Assembly (NCBI GenBank): GCA_002633185.1
Contig: NWBM01000002.1
Span: 438,832-502,831 of the forward strand
From: Lachnospiraceae bacterium Phil5
GTDB taxonomy: Bacteria; Bacillota; Clostridia; TANB77; CAG-508
DNA length: 64,000 nucleotides
Reading direction: 5' to 3'
Shown: positions 20,659 to 32,916 of the stretch, one piece after another
How positions within the stretch are numbered: the first letter of the stretch is position 1
Layout: the number at the start of each line of letters is the position of its first letter
The notes under the pieces: model-generated
Database searches by the model: none
The model's input: the letters and a program-made list of their open reading frames with translations, nothing else
Told to the model about the DNA's origin: nothing
Translations under genes and position numbers: made by a program

Positions 20659-23600
20659 TAAATAATTTTATCAATTCACCATTAATGTTAACATCTATTC
20701 CATTCTTTCCTTGTTCGAAAATAATTTCATCTGCCAAAGTTTCATTTTTTATTTTGTCTTCGTATTTTTTTATTATTTCTATTACTTTTTCACTTCCAGC
20801 AACATTTATACAAATCTTATCCATTACATCCAATCCAATTTCTTTTCTTGTATTTTGTATTTTTGATAAAATTTCTCTCAAGTTACCTTCTTCAATTAAT
20901 TCGTCTGTTAATTTAGTATCTATAACAACACCTATCTCTCCTTCACCATTAAAAGCAAATCCTTCTTTTCCTTGCATCATAATTAATAAATTGTCAGAAT
21001 TCAATTTCAAATTTACTCCACTCTCTAATTCTATAGTCTTTGAATTACCTGCTTTTATACTTTTTGCTAATTCATATTGATTACAATTAGAAATAAACTC
21101 TTTTATTTTAGGAATATATCTTCCATATTCTTTTCCTAAAACAGGTAAATTAGGTTTTATATCATACTGTACAAATTCAGACATTTCAGCTCCAAATTCT
21201 ATATTTTTTATATTTAGCTCTTCTTTAATTATATCTCCATAATACTCAGGCAACTTATCTGTTGATACCAATATTTCAGAAAGAGGTTGTCTATTTTTTA
21301 TATTGGCTGTATTTCTAGCACCTCTTCCCAATTTTACTATTTTATATGCTAAATCCATTTCTTCTTCTAAATTTCTATCAACTTCATCTGGATTATAATC
21401 TGGCCAGCTACATAAATGTATACTTTCTTCTGCATTCTTATCAATATTAACTACAATATTTTGATAAATTTCATCAGTCATAAAAGGTATAAATGGTGCT
21501 GCAACTTTACATAGTGTTACCAATACTCTATATAAAGTGTTATACGCACTTATTTTATCATCACTCATTTCCTGTGCCCAAAATCTTTCTCTGTTTCTTC
21601 TAATATACCAATTTGATAATTCATCTGTAAAATCTTCAATTGCATATCCAGCACTCGTAATATCATAGTTCTCCAATTTTTCATCTACATCTTTCACTAA
21701 TGTATTCAACTTAGATAAAATCCATTTGTCCATAATATTACTTGTAGTAGCATTTTGATGTTCTAATGGATTGTATTGATCAATTTCAGCATATAAAACA
21801 TAGAATGAATACACATTCCATAAAGTACTTAAAAATCCTCTTTGTGATTCTTGTACATTTTCTATTGAAAGTCTTGAAGATAGCCATGGAGCACTGCTTG
21901 TATAGAAATACCATCTTGTTGCATCTGCACCAACTGTATCTAATAATACTAATGGATCTACTCCATTCTTCTTTGATTTAGACATTTTTTGTCCTTTTCC
22001 ATCTAATACATGACCTAAAACTATACAATTTTCAAATGGAGTTTGGTTAAATAAAGCTGTTCCTAATGCTGTTAATGTATAGAACCATCCTCTTGTTTGG
22101 TCTATAGCTTCAGATATAAATTGTGCAGGGAATTGCTTTTCAAACATATCCTTATTTTCAAATGGATAATGCCATTGTGCAAAAGGCATTGAACCAGAAT
22201 CAAACCAACAATCTATAACTTCTTTTGCTCTGGTCATTTTTTCTCCACATTTAGGACATTTTAAATATACATTATCAATATATGGTTTGTGTAATTCAAT
22301 ATTTTCATCCACGTCAATTCCTTTTTCTTTAAGTTCTTGTATACTACCTATACACTCTTGATGATTACATTTTTCGTTTTCACATGTCCATACAGGAAGT
22401 GGGGTTCCCCAATATCTGTCTCTAGAAATTCCCCAATCAATAACATTTTCAAGGAAATTACCAAATCTACCCTTTTTTATTGTTTCAGGATACCAATTCA
22501 CTTTATCATTGTTATTAACAAGCTCTTTTCTTAATTTACTCATTGCAACAAACCAACTCTCTTTTGGATAATAAAGAAGTGGTGTATCACATCTCCAACA
22601 ATGTGGATATGAATGCTCATGTTTAGACTTACTGAAAAGTTTGTTTTCAGTTGCAAGCCAGACACATATATCTTCATTACAATCTCTTACAAACCTTCCT
22701 GCCCATGGTTTAACTTCTGGAACAAATTTTCCAGATTTGTCAACTAAGTTTACAAACGCAATATCATTTGCCTTTGAAACAAAACTATCGTCTTCACCAT
22801 AAGCTGGAGCAATATGAACTATTCCTGTTCCATCTTGTAATGTAACATAATCTCCATGTATAACTACAAAAGCCTTACCTTCAACTTTTGCAAATGGCAT
22901 AAGTTGTTCATATTCCTTTCCTAATAATTCAGTTCCATTATACTCTCTTAAGATTGTATATTCTTTTCCATTTAAAACACTATCACACAAGTCTTTTGCT
23001 AAAATATAAGTTTCATAAACAGGCTCTTCTTCTGTTCCAATATTTACTTTAGCATCTGCATATTTATAGCTTTTATTAATACATAATGCTAAATTTGAAG
23101 GTAAAGTCCATGGTGTTGTAGTCCATGCTAAAAAATATTTATCTTCATCTTTTAATTTAAATTTAACGGTACAAGTAAGATCTTTTACATCTTTATACCC
23201 TTGAGCAACTTCATGTGATGACAATGCTGTTCCACATCTTGGACAATATGGCATTACTTTGTGTCCTTCATATAATAATCCTTTATTCCATAATTCTTTA
23301 AGAGCCCACCATACTGATTCAATATAATCATTATGATATGTTACATATGGATTTTTCATATCTACCCAATATCCAACTTTATCAGTCATTTCTTCCCATA
23401 TGTGTACATACTTGAAAACACTTTCTTTACATTCTTTAACAAATTTCTCAACACCATACTCTTCAATTTGTTCCTTACCAGATATTCCAAGTTTCTTTTC
23501 AATTTCTAGTTCTACAGGTAATCCATGAGTATCCCATCCTGCTTTTCTTACAACATGATAGCCTTTCATAACTTTATATCTTGGGATAATGTCTTTCATA

Positions 23601-23791
23601 ACCCTTGTTATTATATGACCCGCATGTGGCATTCCATTTGCTGTTGGTGGTCCATCATAAAAAGTAAAATATCTTTTTCCTTCATTTAAAGAAAAATTTT
23701 TCTTTATTATATCTTTTTCTTTCCACACTTCACTAACTTCATGTTCCATTCCAACAAATCCATTATCTTTTAATTCTACTTTTTTGTACAT
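20645..23791 (-). CDS. ileS: Isoleucine--tRNA ligase, type 2 (eukaryote/archaea-like)
   Basis: 1048 aa; PHAGHI (HIGH), WDTHGLP (type-2 signature; type 1 has WDCHGLP), KMSKS. Confidence 0.95.
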
Positions 23792-23795
23792 TTTT

Positions 23796-24100
23796 TCTTC
23801 TACCTCCTATAAAAAAACATAGCCATTCCATCCTTTTTAGGACGAAATGGCTATTACTCCGCGGTACCACCTATTTTAAAAGACATAATAATCTTTTCAC
23901 TCTAAATTTCTTTAACGCAGAATTACGTCTTATATTACTAATTGCATATTATGCAACTTTCACATAAGCAACTTAAAGGTGATAACAAATAAATTATTAT
24001 CTTACTAGAATTTCAGCATACATCTAGCTCTCTGTTAGTTTTACTTTATTTGTGTTGTCCTTTTCATAGTTTTTTGTTTTAATAGTTATATGATAACATA
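23796..24100 (-). promoter_or_regulatory. T-box riboswitch leader of ileS
   Basis: Reverse complement of 23860-23872 gives the conserved T-box sequence GGTGGTACCGCGG. A terminator hairpin (23812-23850) plus a U-run lies immediately upstream of the ileS RBS. Confidence 0.65.
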
Positions 24101-24149
24101 ATATTGTCATTATTTCAAGTATTTGTTAAATTTTTTTGTTATGATTTTT

Positions 24150-25946
24150 TTACATCTCCATTAATTCATAAAATCTTTCGGCTGTAAGTACTTCTTTTGC
24201 TAATAATTCATTTGAAACAACTTCAAGTGAATGCATGTTTTTTGATAAAATACTTTGTGCTGTATAATCAGCCTCATTTACTAATGCTTTTATTTCTTCC
24301 CCAACTAAATCTGTATATTTCTCTCCTAGTAATTGTAATTGATATGGATCTTTTTCTAAATCTATATGAATTGGTCCTACATTTTCGCTCATTCCATATA
24401 CTGTAACCATATTTTTAGCAATTTCGTTTGCAACTTCTAAGTCATTACTTGCACCTGTTGAAATATCATCTAAAGCTAGTTTTTCAGCAGCACGTCCACC
24501 CATTAAAGCAACTAATTTTTCTTGCATTTCTTGTTTTGAAATATATGCTTTATCTTCACTAGTTTTATACATTGTATATCCACCAGCTACACCTCTTGGA
24601 ATTATAGAAATTTCTTTTATATCTTTTTGAGTTTCTAAGAAATAGCTTACTATAGCATGTCCAGCTTCATGAATTGCAGTTCTCTTCTTATCTTTTTCAG
24701 ATATAACTCTATTATGTTTTTCCAATCCAACAGTTATTTTCTTTAAAGCATCTTCTATATCCTGATTTGTAATAGCATCTCTTTCTCTTGTTGTAGCAAT
24801 AATTGCTGCTTCATTTAAAATATTTGAAAGCTCTGCTCCTGTAAATCCAGCTGTGTCTTCTGCAATACTTCTTAAATTTACGTCATGTGCAAATTTCTTT
24901 CCTTTAGCATGAATTTTTAATATTGCTTCTCTACCATTTAAATCTGGTAAACCAATTCTAATTTGTCTATCAAATCTTCCTGGACGTAGTAATGCTTTAT
25001 CTAGCATTTCTGGTCTATTTGTTGCAGCTAAAACTATTATAGCTTCTTCTGTTTCAAAACCATCCATTTCAACTAATAATTGATTTAATGTTTGATTATT
25101 TTCTGTCTCTGCGCCACTTGCATTTGTTCTTCTTGAACCAATTGCATCAATTTCATCTATGAAAACTATACAAGGTGCAACCTTTCTTGCTTTTTCAAAT
25201 AGCTTTCTAACTCTTGATGCACCAAGTCCTGCAAACATTTCTATAAATTCTGATCCACTCATTGATATAAATGGTACATTTGCTTCACCAGCTATTGCCT
25301 TCGCAATTAATGTTTTACCAGTTCCAGGTTCACCACAAAGCAGTACTCCTCTTGGAACTTTTGCACCCATTTCTTGATATTTTTTAGGATTTTTTAAGAA
25401 ATCAACTATTTCAATCATTTCTTGTCTTTCTTCATCTAATCCTGCAACATCATCAAATTTGGTTTTTATTCTTTCTGTTTCAGAATCATATACTTTTCCC
25501 TTTTCACCCAAACCTTGCATTTTTATAATACTGTAAGCTAATACAATTAAAATAATCGTAGGTAAGAATGATAAGAAAGTTTTAGCAATTCGTGCAAATA
25601 CATTTTGTTCTTTTTGTATTAATTCAATTTTACTTCCGTTGTTTACTTTTTCTTGAACCAACTCAACAAATGAGTCTGTACTTGGAATTAAAACTTCTTT
25701 TTCTTTTTCTTCGTTAACTAGTTTTATTTTAGCTGTTTCACTGTTTTCTTTCATTTCTATTTTTTCAACAGTGCCCTCATTTATATTGTTAAGAAGTTGT
25801 GTATATGAATAATCCTCGTTATTTTTATTTATTTTCTTAAAATATATAAATGTGAATGCAATTGCTATTATTGTAAGAACAACTAAAATAATTAACCACA
25901 TGCTATTTTTCTTTTTGTTCTTTTGATTATTATTTTTTGATCCCAT
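24150..25946 (-). CDS. ftsH: ATP-dependent zinc metalloprotease FtsH
   Basis: AAA+ GEPGTGKT, SRH, the zinc site HEAGHA, and an N-terminal TM pair. Confidence 0.95.
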   Translation of the reverse strand: MGSKNNNQKNKKKNSMWLIILVVLTIIAIAFTFIYFKKINKNNEDYSYTQLLNNINEGTVEKIEMKENSETAKIKLVNEEKEKEVLIPSTDSFVELVQEKVNNGSKIELIQKEQNVFARIAKTFLSFLPTIILIVLAYSIIKMQGLGEKGKVYDSETERIKTKFDDVAGLDEERQEMIEIVDFLKNPKKYQEMGAKVPRGVLLCGEPGTGKTLIAKAIAGEANVPFISMSGSEFIEMFAGLGASRVRKLFEKARKVAPCIVFIDEIDAIGSRRTNASGAETENNQTLNQLLVEMDGFETEEAIIVLAATNRPEMLDKALLRPGRFDRQIRIGLPDLNGREAILKIHAKGKKFAHDVNLRSIAEDTAGFTGAELSNILNEAAIIATTRERDAITNQDIEDALKKITVGLEKHNRVISEKDKKRTAIHEAGHAIVSYFLETQKDIKEISIIPRGVAGGYTMYKTSEDKAYISKQEMQEKLVALMGGRAAEKLALDDISTGASNDLEVANEIAKNMVTVYGMSENVGPIHIDLEKDPYQLQLLGEKYTDLVGEEIKALVNEADYTAQSILSKNMHSLEVVSNELLAKEVLTAERFYELMEM

Positions 25947-26021
25947 TTAATTTTTCTCCTTTTATTTTGGTAATAATACTAAAAAGTATTATTACCAAAA
26001 TTATAATTTAAATGCTTTTTA

Positions 26022-28979
26022 TTAGTTTCCTGAATTGTTGGTTGCATTTGTACCATTAGCTGTTGTTCCATTTGCTGTTCCAGAATTTTGTGTTCCACCT
26101 TCAGATGTGTTTGATGCATTACCTCCTGAGTTTCCTCCTGCCGAACCATTTCCTGTATTATTTTGTGGAGCTACATATTTATAAACTGTAATATTTATTT
26201 TTGCATCCTTTGAAACTGTCGCTCCGCCTTGTACACTTTGAGATTTAACTGTATTATTTTTGCTTTGATCTGTAGTATTTTCAGGAATTGTTTTATAATA
26301 TAAATTTCCTAATTCAGATTTTGCTTGTGCCTCAGTTTTTCCAACTACATTTGGTACTTTTACATCTGTATTAGTTACAATTGTTTTATTATCATCTTTT
26401 TTGTCATCGTCTTTTTTCTTAGTATTATCAGCTGTATGAATTGTACATTTATCTGTTATTGCTTTATATTTATCTCCAGAATTTGTTTTCCAATTTGCAT
26501 TTTGTTCCTTTTCTGGTGCAGCTAAACCATATGCAGTTTCTGTTTTAGGACAAAATTCTGTTGCTATCTTTTTAGATTCTGTACATATTGTATATGATGA
26601 ATGACCTGTACATTGTGTTGGAACAGTTCCTTCAACAAAATATTCAACATGAGTATTTGAACAAGCACCTGTTGCACATTTACCTGAAACATTACATACT
26701 CTTGCAGTAACAACATTTCCTGGTTTTACAAATCTGCTATCAGGTAAACTTGCATGAATATTTTTCATTACATTTGACCAAATTAATGTAGCAGGGCTTC
26801 CACCATAATAAACTATATTTTCTAAATAATCATATCCATACCAAGTTGCAGCTGTATAATATGGTGTAAATCCACATAACCATAAATCGTTTTGAGATTG
26901 TGTTGTACCAGTTTTGGCAGCCACATCTACATTACCCATCTTACATGCTTTTGCTGTACCATAAGTTCCTTCAACAACTTGTTTTAATAATGTTTTTAAT
27001 ATATATGCATTTCCTTCACTAAATACTCTTCTTGATTCTTGTTTGTTTTCTATTAATATATTCCCGCTTGAATCTTCAACTTTTGTATAGAATGTAGGCT
27101 CTATATAAACACCATCATTTGCAATTGTTGCATATGCAGCCGCCATTTCTAATGGACTTATACTTGCAGTACCTAATGCAAGTGAAGTATTTGAATCGCT
27201 TACTCCATTAGTTGATTCAGATTCTTTTACTAATGATGTTATACCTAATGTTCTCATAAAATCAATTGAAGCATCTGGTGTAAGTTCTGTAATAACTTTA
27301 CATGCTACAATGTTTGAAGAAACCTCTAATGCTTGCCTAATAGTACACAATCCAGAATAACTTGATGAAGCGTTATTTGGTGAATAACTCTTTCCAAAAG
27401 TTGTTTTTGAGTTATCATATACTGTTGCTGCATTTATTATTCCTTTTTCTAATGCAGGTCCATAAACACCTATTGGTTTTATAGAAGAACCTGGTTGACG
27501 TATACTATTAATTCTATTAACACCTATAGCATCAACATCTGTTCCTAAACCACCCATACATCCAACTACTCTACCTGTTTTATGATCTATAATAACCATT
27601 GCAGATTGTGTATGTTGTCCTTCTTTTTCTTTTGAAGCTTTTATAAATGTATCATTTTTATATTCTGTTTCAACAGCTTGTTGTACTGCTGGAATTTGTG
27701 TTGTGTATATTTTTAAACCGCCATTAAATACACGGCTTTCAGCATATTCTTTTGACATTCCTTTTTCTTCAACTAATTCGTCAACTACTTGATCTACAGC
27801 AGCTTTAACATAATATGATTTAATATTTGAACTTGGTAATACACCTTGTTCAAAGTGTAAACCAGCATCTACATTTGCAACTGCAGTATTATATTCGTCA
27901 TTGCTTATAAATCCTAAACTCTTCATTTTACTCAAAACTGTTTTAGTTCTACTTGTTATTCTTGCTGTATTTGGTTCTTCTTTATATGGATTATATAATG
28001 CAGGACTATGTGTAACACCAGCAATAAATGCACACTCTTCTAATGATAAATCTTTTGCTGTTTTATTGAAATAGTAAATTGATGCCATCTCAACACCACA
28101 TATATCTCCACCACTTGATGCTAACGGAATTAGGTTTAGATATAATTCCAATATTTGTTTTTTATCTATCATTTGCTCTATTTGATATGCTCTTGACATT
28201 TCTTTTATTTTTCTTTGCATACCAGCTTTTCCTGTACTCTCTTTTTCATTAGTTATGTTTTTAACCAACTGCTGAGTTATAGTACTTCCACCAAAGTTTG
28301 ATGAACCAGCATGAAAAACATATGTAAATGTAGCAGCTGTAGTTCTTTTTAAGTCAATACCTTTATGCTTATAAAATCTTTCATCTTCAATAGCAACAAA
28401 TGCATTTGGTAACTGTGGATTCATATCTTCATCAATACTTATTATTTTTCTATTTTCTTTACCTGATAATTCAAGAATTACATTTCCTTCTGCATCATAA
28501 ACAATTGTATTAGAATTACTTATTAATAAATCTTCTTTTGTGATTGCGAATTTATCACTAAAGAAAATACCAACAAATACTCCTCCTGCAATTAATATTG
28601 CTAATAAGAATAGTGCTAGACCTATTAAAATAACTCTTTTTAATATTGTTAATTTTTTATTTTTAGCTCTTTTCTTATTTCTTTTTATTTTTTTCAATTC
28701 CGAACCTCTTTTTATAGGTCCACTGCTAACTTTGCTGCTTTTCTTATTGTTAACTCTCTTTTGCATTAAAGCCCTCCTTGATGTACTTCCTGATGATTTT
28801 GTAGTAGTTCTTCTTGTTCCTGTTGTACGTTCTGTATTTGAATAATCATTCGATATATCTCCCATAATTGATGAATAATTTACATTTGATCTAGTGTTAT
28901 TTAAGTTTCTATTATTTCTAGTCGAATTTGTTCTTGTAGAATTATGTTTTCTTCTTTTACTTCTTTTTCTACTTCCCAT
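26022..28979 (-). CDS. Class A penicillin-binding protein (PBP1A-type transglycosylase/transpeptidase) with C-terminal PASTA domain
   Basis: GT51 motifs (EDxxFxxHxG), transpeptidase motifs STxK/SxN, a PASTA-like VKVPNVVGKTEAQAKSELG segment, and an approx. 120-aa basic low-complexity N-terminal tail. Confidence 0.9.
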   Translation of the reverse strand: MGSRKRSKRRKHNSTRTNSTRNNRNLNNTRSNVNYSSIMGDISNDYSNTERTTGTRRTTTKSSGSTSRRALMQKRVNNKKSSKVSSGPIKRGSELKKIKRNKKRAKNKKLTILKRVILIGLALFLLAILIAGGVFVGIFFSDKFAITKEDLLISNSNTIVYDAEGNVILELSGKENRKIISIDEDMNPQLPNAFVAIEDERFYKHKGIDLKRTTAATFTYVFHAGSSNFGGSTITQQLVKNITNEKESTGKAGMQRKIKEMSRAYQIEQMIDKKQILELYLNLIPLASSGGDICGVEMASIYYFNKTAKDLSLEECAFIAGVTHSPALYNPYKEEPNTARITSRTKTVLSKMKSLGFISNDEYNTAVANVDAGLHFEQGVLPSSNIKSYYVKAAVDQVVDELVEEKGMSKEYAESRVFNGGLKIYTTQIPAVQQAVETEYKNDTFIKASKEKEGQHTQSAMVIIDHKTGRVVGCMGGLGTDVDAIGVNRINSIRQPGSSIKPIGVYGPALEKGIINAATVYDNSKTTFGKSYSPNNASSSYSGLCTIRQALEVSSNIVACKVITELTPDASIDFMRTLGITSLVKESESTNGVSDSNTSLALGTASISPLEMAAAYATIANDGVYIEPTFYTKVEDSSGNILIENKQESRRVFSEGNAYILKTLLKQVVEGTYGTAKACKMGNVDVAAKTGTTQSQNDLWLCGFTPYYTAATWYGYDYLENIVYYGGSPATLIWSNVMKNIHASLPDSRFVKPGNVVTARVCNVSGKCATGACSNTHVEYFVEGTVPTQCTGHSSYTICTESKKIATEFCPKTETAYGLAAPEKEQNANWKTNSGDKYKAITDKCTIHTADNTKKKDDDKKDDNKTIVTNTDVKVPNVVGKTEAQAKSELGNLYYKTIPENTTDQSKNNTVKSQSVQGGATVSKDAKINITVYKYVAPQNNTGNGSAGGNSGGNASNTSEGGTQNSGTANGTTANGTNATNNSGN

Positions 28980-29083
28980 ACTTAAACCTCTTTTCTTTAT
29001 ATGTTAACACTTACTTCTCTATTATATTACAAAATCACAAAAATTAAAAGGTTTTTTTTTATTTTTATTAATAATATTATTAA

Positions 29084-29974
29084 TTAATAATTATAATTAT
29101 TATAACATATATTTATTATATCTTTATAATCTGTTATAATATTTGCTCCTTGTTTTATTAAATTATTCGTTCCTTTTGAATTAGCACTATATATATTTCC
29201 AGGTACTGCAAAAATTTCTTTGCCTTGTTCTAACCCGAAATCTGCAGTTATTAAAGCTCCACTTTTTTCCTTTGCCTCTACAATAACAATTCCTTTAGCT
29301 AGGGCACTAATTATTCTATTTCTTTCTGGAAAATTAATTTTTTCTGGTTTTGTTCCTACTATATATTCAGATATTAATAGTCCATTATTCTCTATAATTT
29401 TTTCAGATAGTTTTTTATTTTCATTCGGATATATATTATCTAAACCATTTCCAAGTACTGCTATTGTATACCCTTTTGCTTTTAAAGCTCCTATATGCGC
29501 ATATGAATCAATTCCTTTTGCCAACCCGCTTATAACACATTTGTTTGATTTAGCAATATTATATGCCATTTTAGTTGCAATATTTTTCCCATATTCAGTA
29601 CAATATCTTGAACCTACTATAGCAATTCCATTGCTATTTAATAATTCCATATTTCCTTTAGTATATAAAACTATAGGCTTATCATAAATATATTTTAAAT
29701 TTTCTGGATATTTTTCATCCTGAATTGTAATTATATTTATATTGTTTTTTTCAATATATTCTTTATATTTCTTTAAATTTTGTCTATAATTTTCGTTTAA
29801 TAAATCAGTTAAGTTTTCATTGTTTAATATTCCTATATTTCGTAGTTTTTCCTCATTCAATTCCCATATTTTTTTTGGTGTACCATATATTTTTAAAAGT
29901 TTTTCTTTTTTCACACAATCGACTTTTCTTACCCTTGAAAACCAAATCCAATATAATACATCTTCATTCTTCAT
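29084..29974 (-). CDS. dprA: DNA processing protein DprA (Smf)
   Basis: IAIVGSRYCTEYG...SGLAKGIDSYAH Rossmann-fold motifs. Confidence 0.9.
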   Translation of the reverse strand: MKNEDVLYWIWFSRVRKVDCVKKEKLLKIYGTPKKIWELNEEKLRNIGILNNENLTDLLNENYRQNLKKYKEYIEKNNINIITIQDEKYPENLKYIYDKPIVLYTKGNMELLNSNGIAIVGSRYCTEYGKNIATKMAYNIAKSNKCVISGLAKGIDSYAHIGALKAKGYTIAVLGNGLDNIYPNENKKLSEKIIENNGLLISEYIVGTKPEKINFPERNRIISALAKGIVIVEAKEKSGALITADFGLEQGKEIFAVPGNIYSANSKGTNNLIKQGANIITDYKDIINICYNNYNY

Positions 29975-30076
29975 AATTATTCTACCTCCTTATTGTTCTA
30001 TAAAACAAAACAAAGAGAGTATAATATTTTACTCCCTTTGTTTTTGCGTTTTTTGTTAATTTTAATTACTACATTT

Positions 30077-30934
30077 TTATTCATTTTCATTCATAAAATT
30101 TTCAGCAGCTTTTACAACATTTGTCATAAGCATTGCAATAGTCATTGGACCAACTCCACCTGGAACTGGTGTTATATAAGATGCCTTTTTTTCCACATTC
30201 TCAAAATCTACATCTCCAACCAATTTTCCATCATCATTTCTATTTATTCCAACATCTATAACAACTGCACCTTCTTTAACCATATCTTCTGTAACAAATT
30301 TGGCTTTTCCGATTGCCACAATTAGTATATCAGCCTGCTTTGTAATTTGCTCTATATTTTGAGTTCTTGAATGGCACACAGTTACAGTAGCGTTTTTCTT
30401 AAGCATGCACTGTATTAATGGCTTTCCTACTATATTACTTCTTCCAATTATTACAGCATTTTTACCCTCTATTGGAATATTATATTCTTCTAACATTCTA
30501 ATAACACCAAATGGTGTGCATGAAATAAAACAATCTTGTCCAATTGATAATTTACCAACATTTACAGGATTAAATCCATCTACATCTTTTTTATAATTTA
30601 TTGCATTGAATGCTTTATTTATATCTAAATGATTTGGAATAGGACTTTGTAATAAAATTCCATGTACATCTTCTCTACTATTAAGTTCTTCTATAAGGCC
30701 TAATAATTCTTCCATAGTAGTATTTTCATCTAATAAAAATTCTTCAAAATCAATTCCTATTTCTTCACATGCTTTGCTTTTATTTTTTACATATACTTTC
30801 GATGCTTTATCCTCTCCAACCATTATAACAGCCAACTTTGGGTTAATTCCTTTATTTTTTATTTCTACAACTTTATCTTTTAAACCATTTCTAATTTTCT
30901 GAGCCAATTCTTTTCCATTAATTAAATTTGACAT
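30077..30934 (-). CDS. folD: Bifunctional methylenetetrahydrofolate dehydrogenase/cyclohydrolase
   Basis: 285 aa; a typical FolD throughout (GRSNIVGKP, PGGVGPMT). Confidence 0.95.
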   Translation of the reverse strand: MSNLINGKELAQKIRNGLKDKVVEIKNKGINPKLAVIMVGEDKASKVYVKNKSKACEEIGIDFEEFLLDENTTMEELLGLIEELNSREDVHGILLQSPIPNHLDINKAFNAINYKKDVDGFNPVNVGKLSIGQDCFISCTPFGVIRMLEEYNIPIEGKNAVIIGRSNIVGKPLIQCMLKKNATVTVCHSRTQNIEQITKQADILIVAIGKAKFVTEDMVKEGAVVIDVGINRNDDGKLVGDVDFENVEKKASYITPVPGGVGPMTIAMLMTNVVKAAENFMNENE

Positions 30935-32793
30935 TCTAATACCTCCACATTTTTAGCTATTGTTTCTGCATCTAGACCATGCAATTTTTCTAATTCTTCA
31001 ACACTTCCATGTTGAACAAATTGATCTTCATATCCATAAGTCTTAATATTGATATCATTTATTTTTAGTTTATTTATTATCTCAATAATGCTTGTTGCTA
31101 ATCCTCCACGTAAGATGCCATCTTCTATTGTTATTACATTTTTTGTTTTTATAATTGACTGCTCTATTGTCTTATCATCTAGCGGTTTTAAAAATCTTGC
31201 ATTTATTATTTCTGCATCAATATTTCTTTTTCTTAAAATTTCGGCAACCTGCATTGCTCTTTCAACCATTTTACCTATAGCAATAATTGTTATATCTGAG
31301 CCTTCTTTTATTAGCTCTGACTTACCAAGTTCAATTTCTTCACATTTATTAAATGTAATATTTCCTTCTCCACCTCTTGGATATCTTATTACTACTGGTT
31401 TATCAATATTTATAGCAAATTCTAACATTTTTTCCAATTCTTCAAAATTCTTTGGTGCCATTATTGTTATGTTTGGAATAATTGAAAAGAATGACATATC
31501 AAATATTCCTTGGTGTGTTTCACCATCATTTCCTACAATTCCAGCTCTATCTGCGCACATTACAACATGCAAATTTTGAAGACATATATCATGAATAACT
31601 TGATCATATGCTCTTTGATAAAACGAAGAATATATTGGTACAACAGGTATCATTCCTTTTTTTGCCATACCTGCAGCCATTCCAAGAGCATGTTGCTCTG
31701 CAATTCCAACATCATAAATTCTTTTTGGAAATTTTTCTTTGAATTCTTTCAAACCTGTTCCATCTATCATTGCAGCAGAAATTGCAACTATTTTTTCATT
31801 TTCTTTAGCTAACTCTACCAATTTGGTTCCAAATGTTTTTGAATAATCTGTATTTTTTTCCTTTTTTGACATACCAGTTTCAATATCAAAGCTGCTTGTA
31901 CTATGAAATTTATCCGGATTGTCTTCAGCATGTTTGTATCCTTTTCCTTTTTTGGTCACAACATGTACTAATACTGGTCCTTTTACAGTTTTGCTTCTAT
32001 TTAGAATACTTTCAAGCCTTTCAATTTTATGTCCATCAACAGGTCCAAAATATGTAAAACCAATATCTTCAAAATACATTTTAGGAATAAAAATCTGTTT
32101 AATTCCTCTTTTCATCCTTTGAGCTAAGCTAACCAAATGCTCACCTAAAAGTGGTATTTTAGAAATTAATTTTTTTATTCTACTATTAGTTTTCGTATAA
32201 AACTTTTTAGTTCTAAGCTTGCTTAAGAATGATGTAATTCCTCCAACATTTTCAGAAATGCTCATATTGTTATCATTTAAAATTACTGTTAAATCTGCTT
32301 TACTGCTTCCTGCATCATTTAAAGCTTCCTGAGCCATTCCACCTGTTAAAGCTCCATCTCCAATTACTGCAACAACTTTTTCTTCTTTTCCAAGAAGCTG
32401 ATTAGCTCTTGCCATACCAAGTGCAGCAGAAATTGATGTACTACTGTGTCCTGTATTAAAACAATCAAACTCAGATTCTGAAGTTTTTGGGAATCCTGCT
32501 ATTCCATTTAGTTTTCTTAAAGTTGACATTTGATCTTTTCTACCTGTTAATATCTTGTGAACATAAGTCTGATGCCCAACATCCCAAATTATAGAATCTT
32601 TTGGCGTGTTATACACGCAATGTAATGCCATTGTTAATTCTACCACGCCAAGATTTGATGCTAAATGTCCACCATTTTCAGATACTATTTTAATTATTAG
32701 TTCACGTAGTTCTTTAGCTAATTCCTTTTTTTCGGTTATATTCAGTTTTCTTAAATCTTCTACATTATTTACTCTATCTAATATCTTTTCCAC
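30922..32793 (-). CDS. dxs: 1-deoxy-D-xylulose-5-phosphate synthase
   Basis: 623 aa; GHSSTSISAALG, GDGALTGGMA TPP motif. Confidence 0.95.
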   Translation of the reverse strand: MEKILDRVNNVEDLRKLNITEKKELAKELRELIIKIVSENGGHLASNLGVVELTMALHCVYNTPKDSIIWDVGHQTYVHKILTGRKDQMSTLRKLNGIAGFPKTSESEFDCFNTGHSSTSISAALGMARANQLLGKEEKVVAVIGDGALTGGMAQEALNDAGSSKADLTVILNDNNMSISENVGGITSFLSKLRTKKFYTKTNSRIKKLISKIPLLGEHLVSLAQRMKRGIKQIFIPKMYFEDIGFTYFGPVDGHKIERLESILNRSKTVKGPVLVHVVTKKGKGYKHAEDNPDKFHSTSSFDIETGMSKKEKNTDYSKTFGTKLVELAKENEKIVAISAAMIDGTGLKEFKEKFPKRIYDVGIAEQHALGMAAGMAKKGMIPVVPIYSSFYQRAYDQVIHDICLQNLHVVMCADRAGIVGNDGETHQGIFDMSFFSIIPNITIMAPKNFEELEKMLEFAINIDKPVVIRYPRGGEGNITFNKCEEIELGKSELIKEGSDITIIAIGKMVERAMQVAEILRKRNIDAEIINARFLKPLDDKTIEQSIIKTKNVITIEDGILRGGLATSIIEIINKLKINDINIKTYGYEDQFVQHGSVEELEKLHGLDAETIAKNVEVLECQI

Positions 32794-32916
32794 TTCACAT
32801 CTACCTTTATAGCTTTTTCTCTTTTATATCATATTTTTTTGTAATTGAGAAGAAAAAACGTTAAATTTATTCACATTTTTTTATTTATTGCATATAATTT
32901 TTAAGGAGGTTTAACT

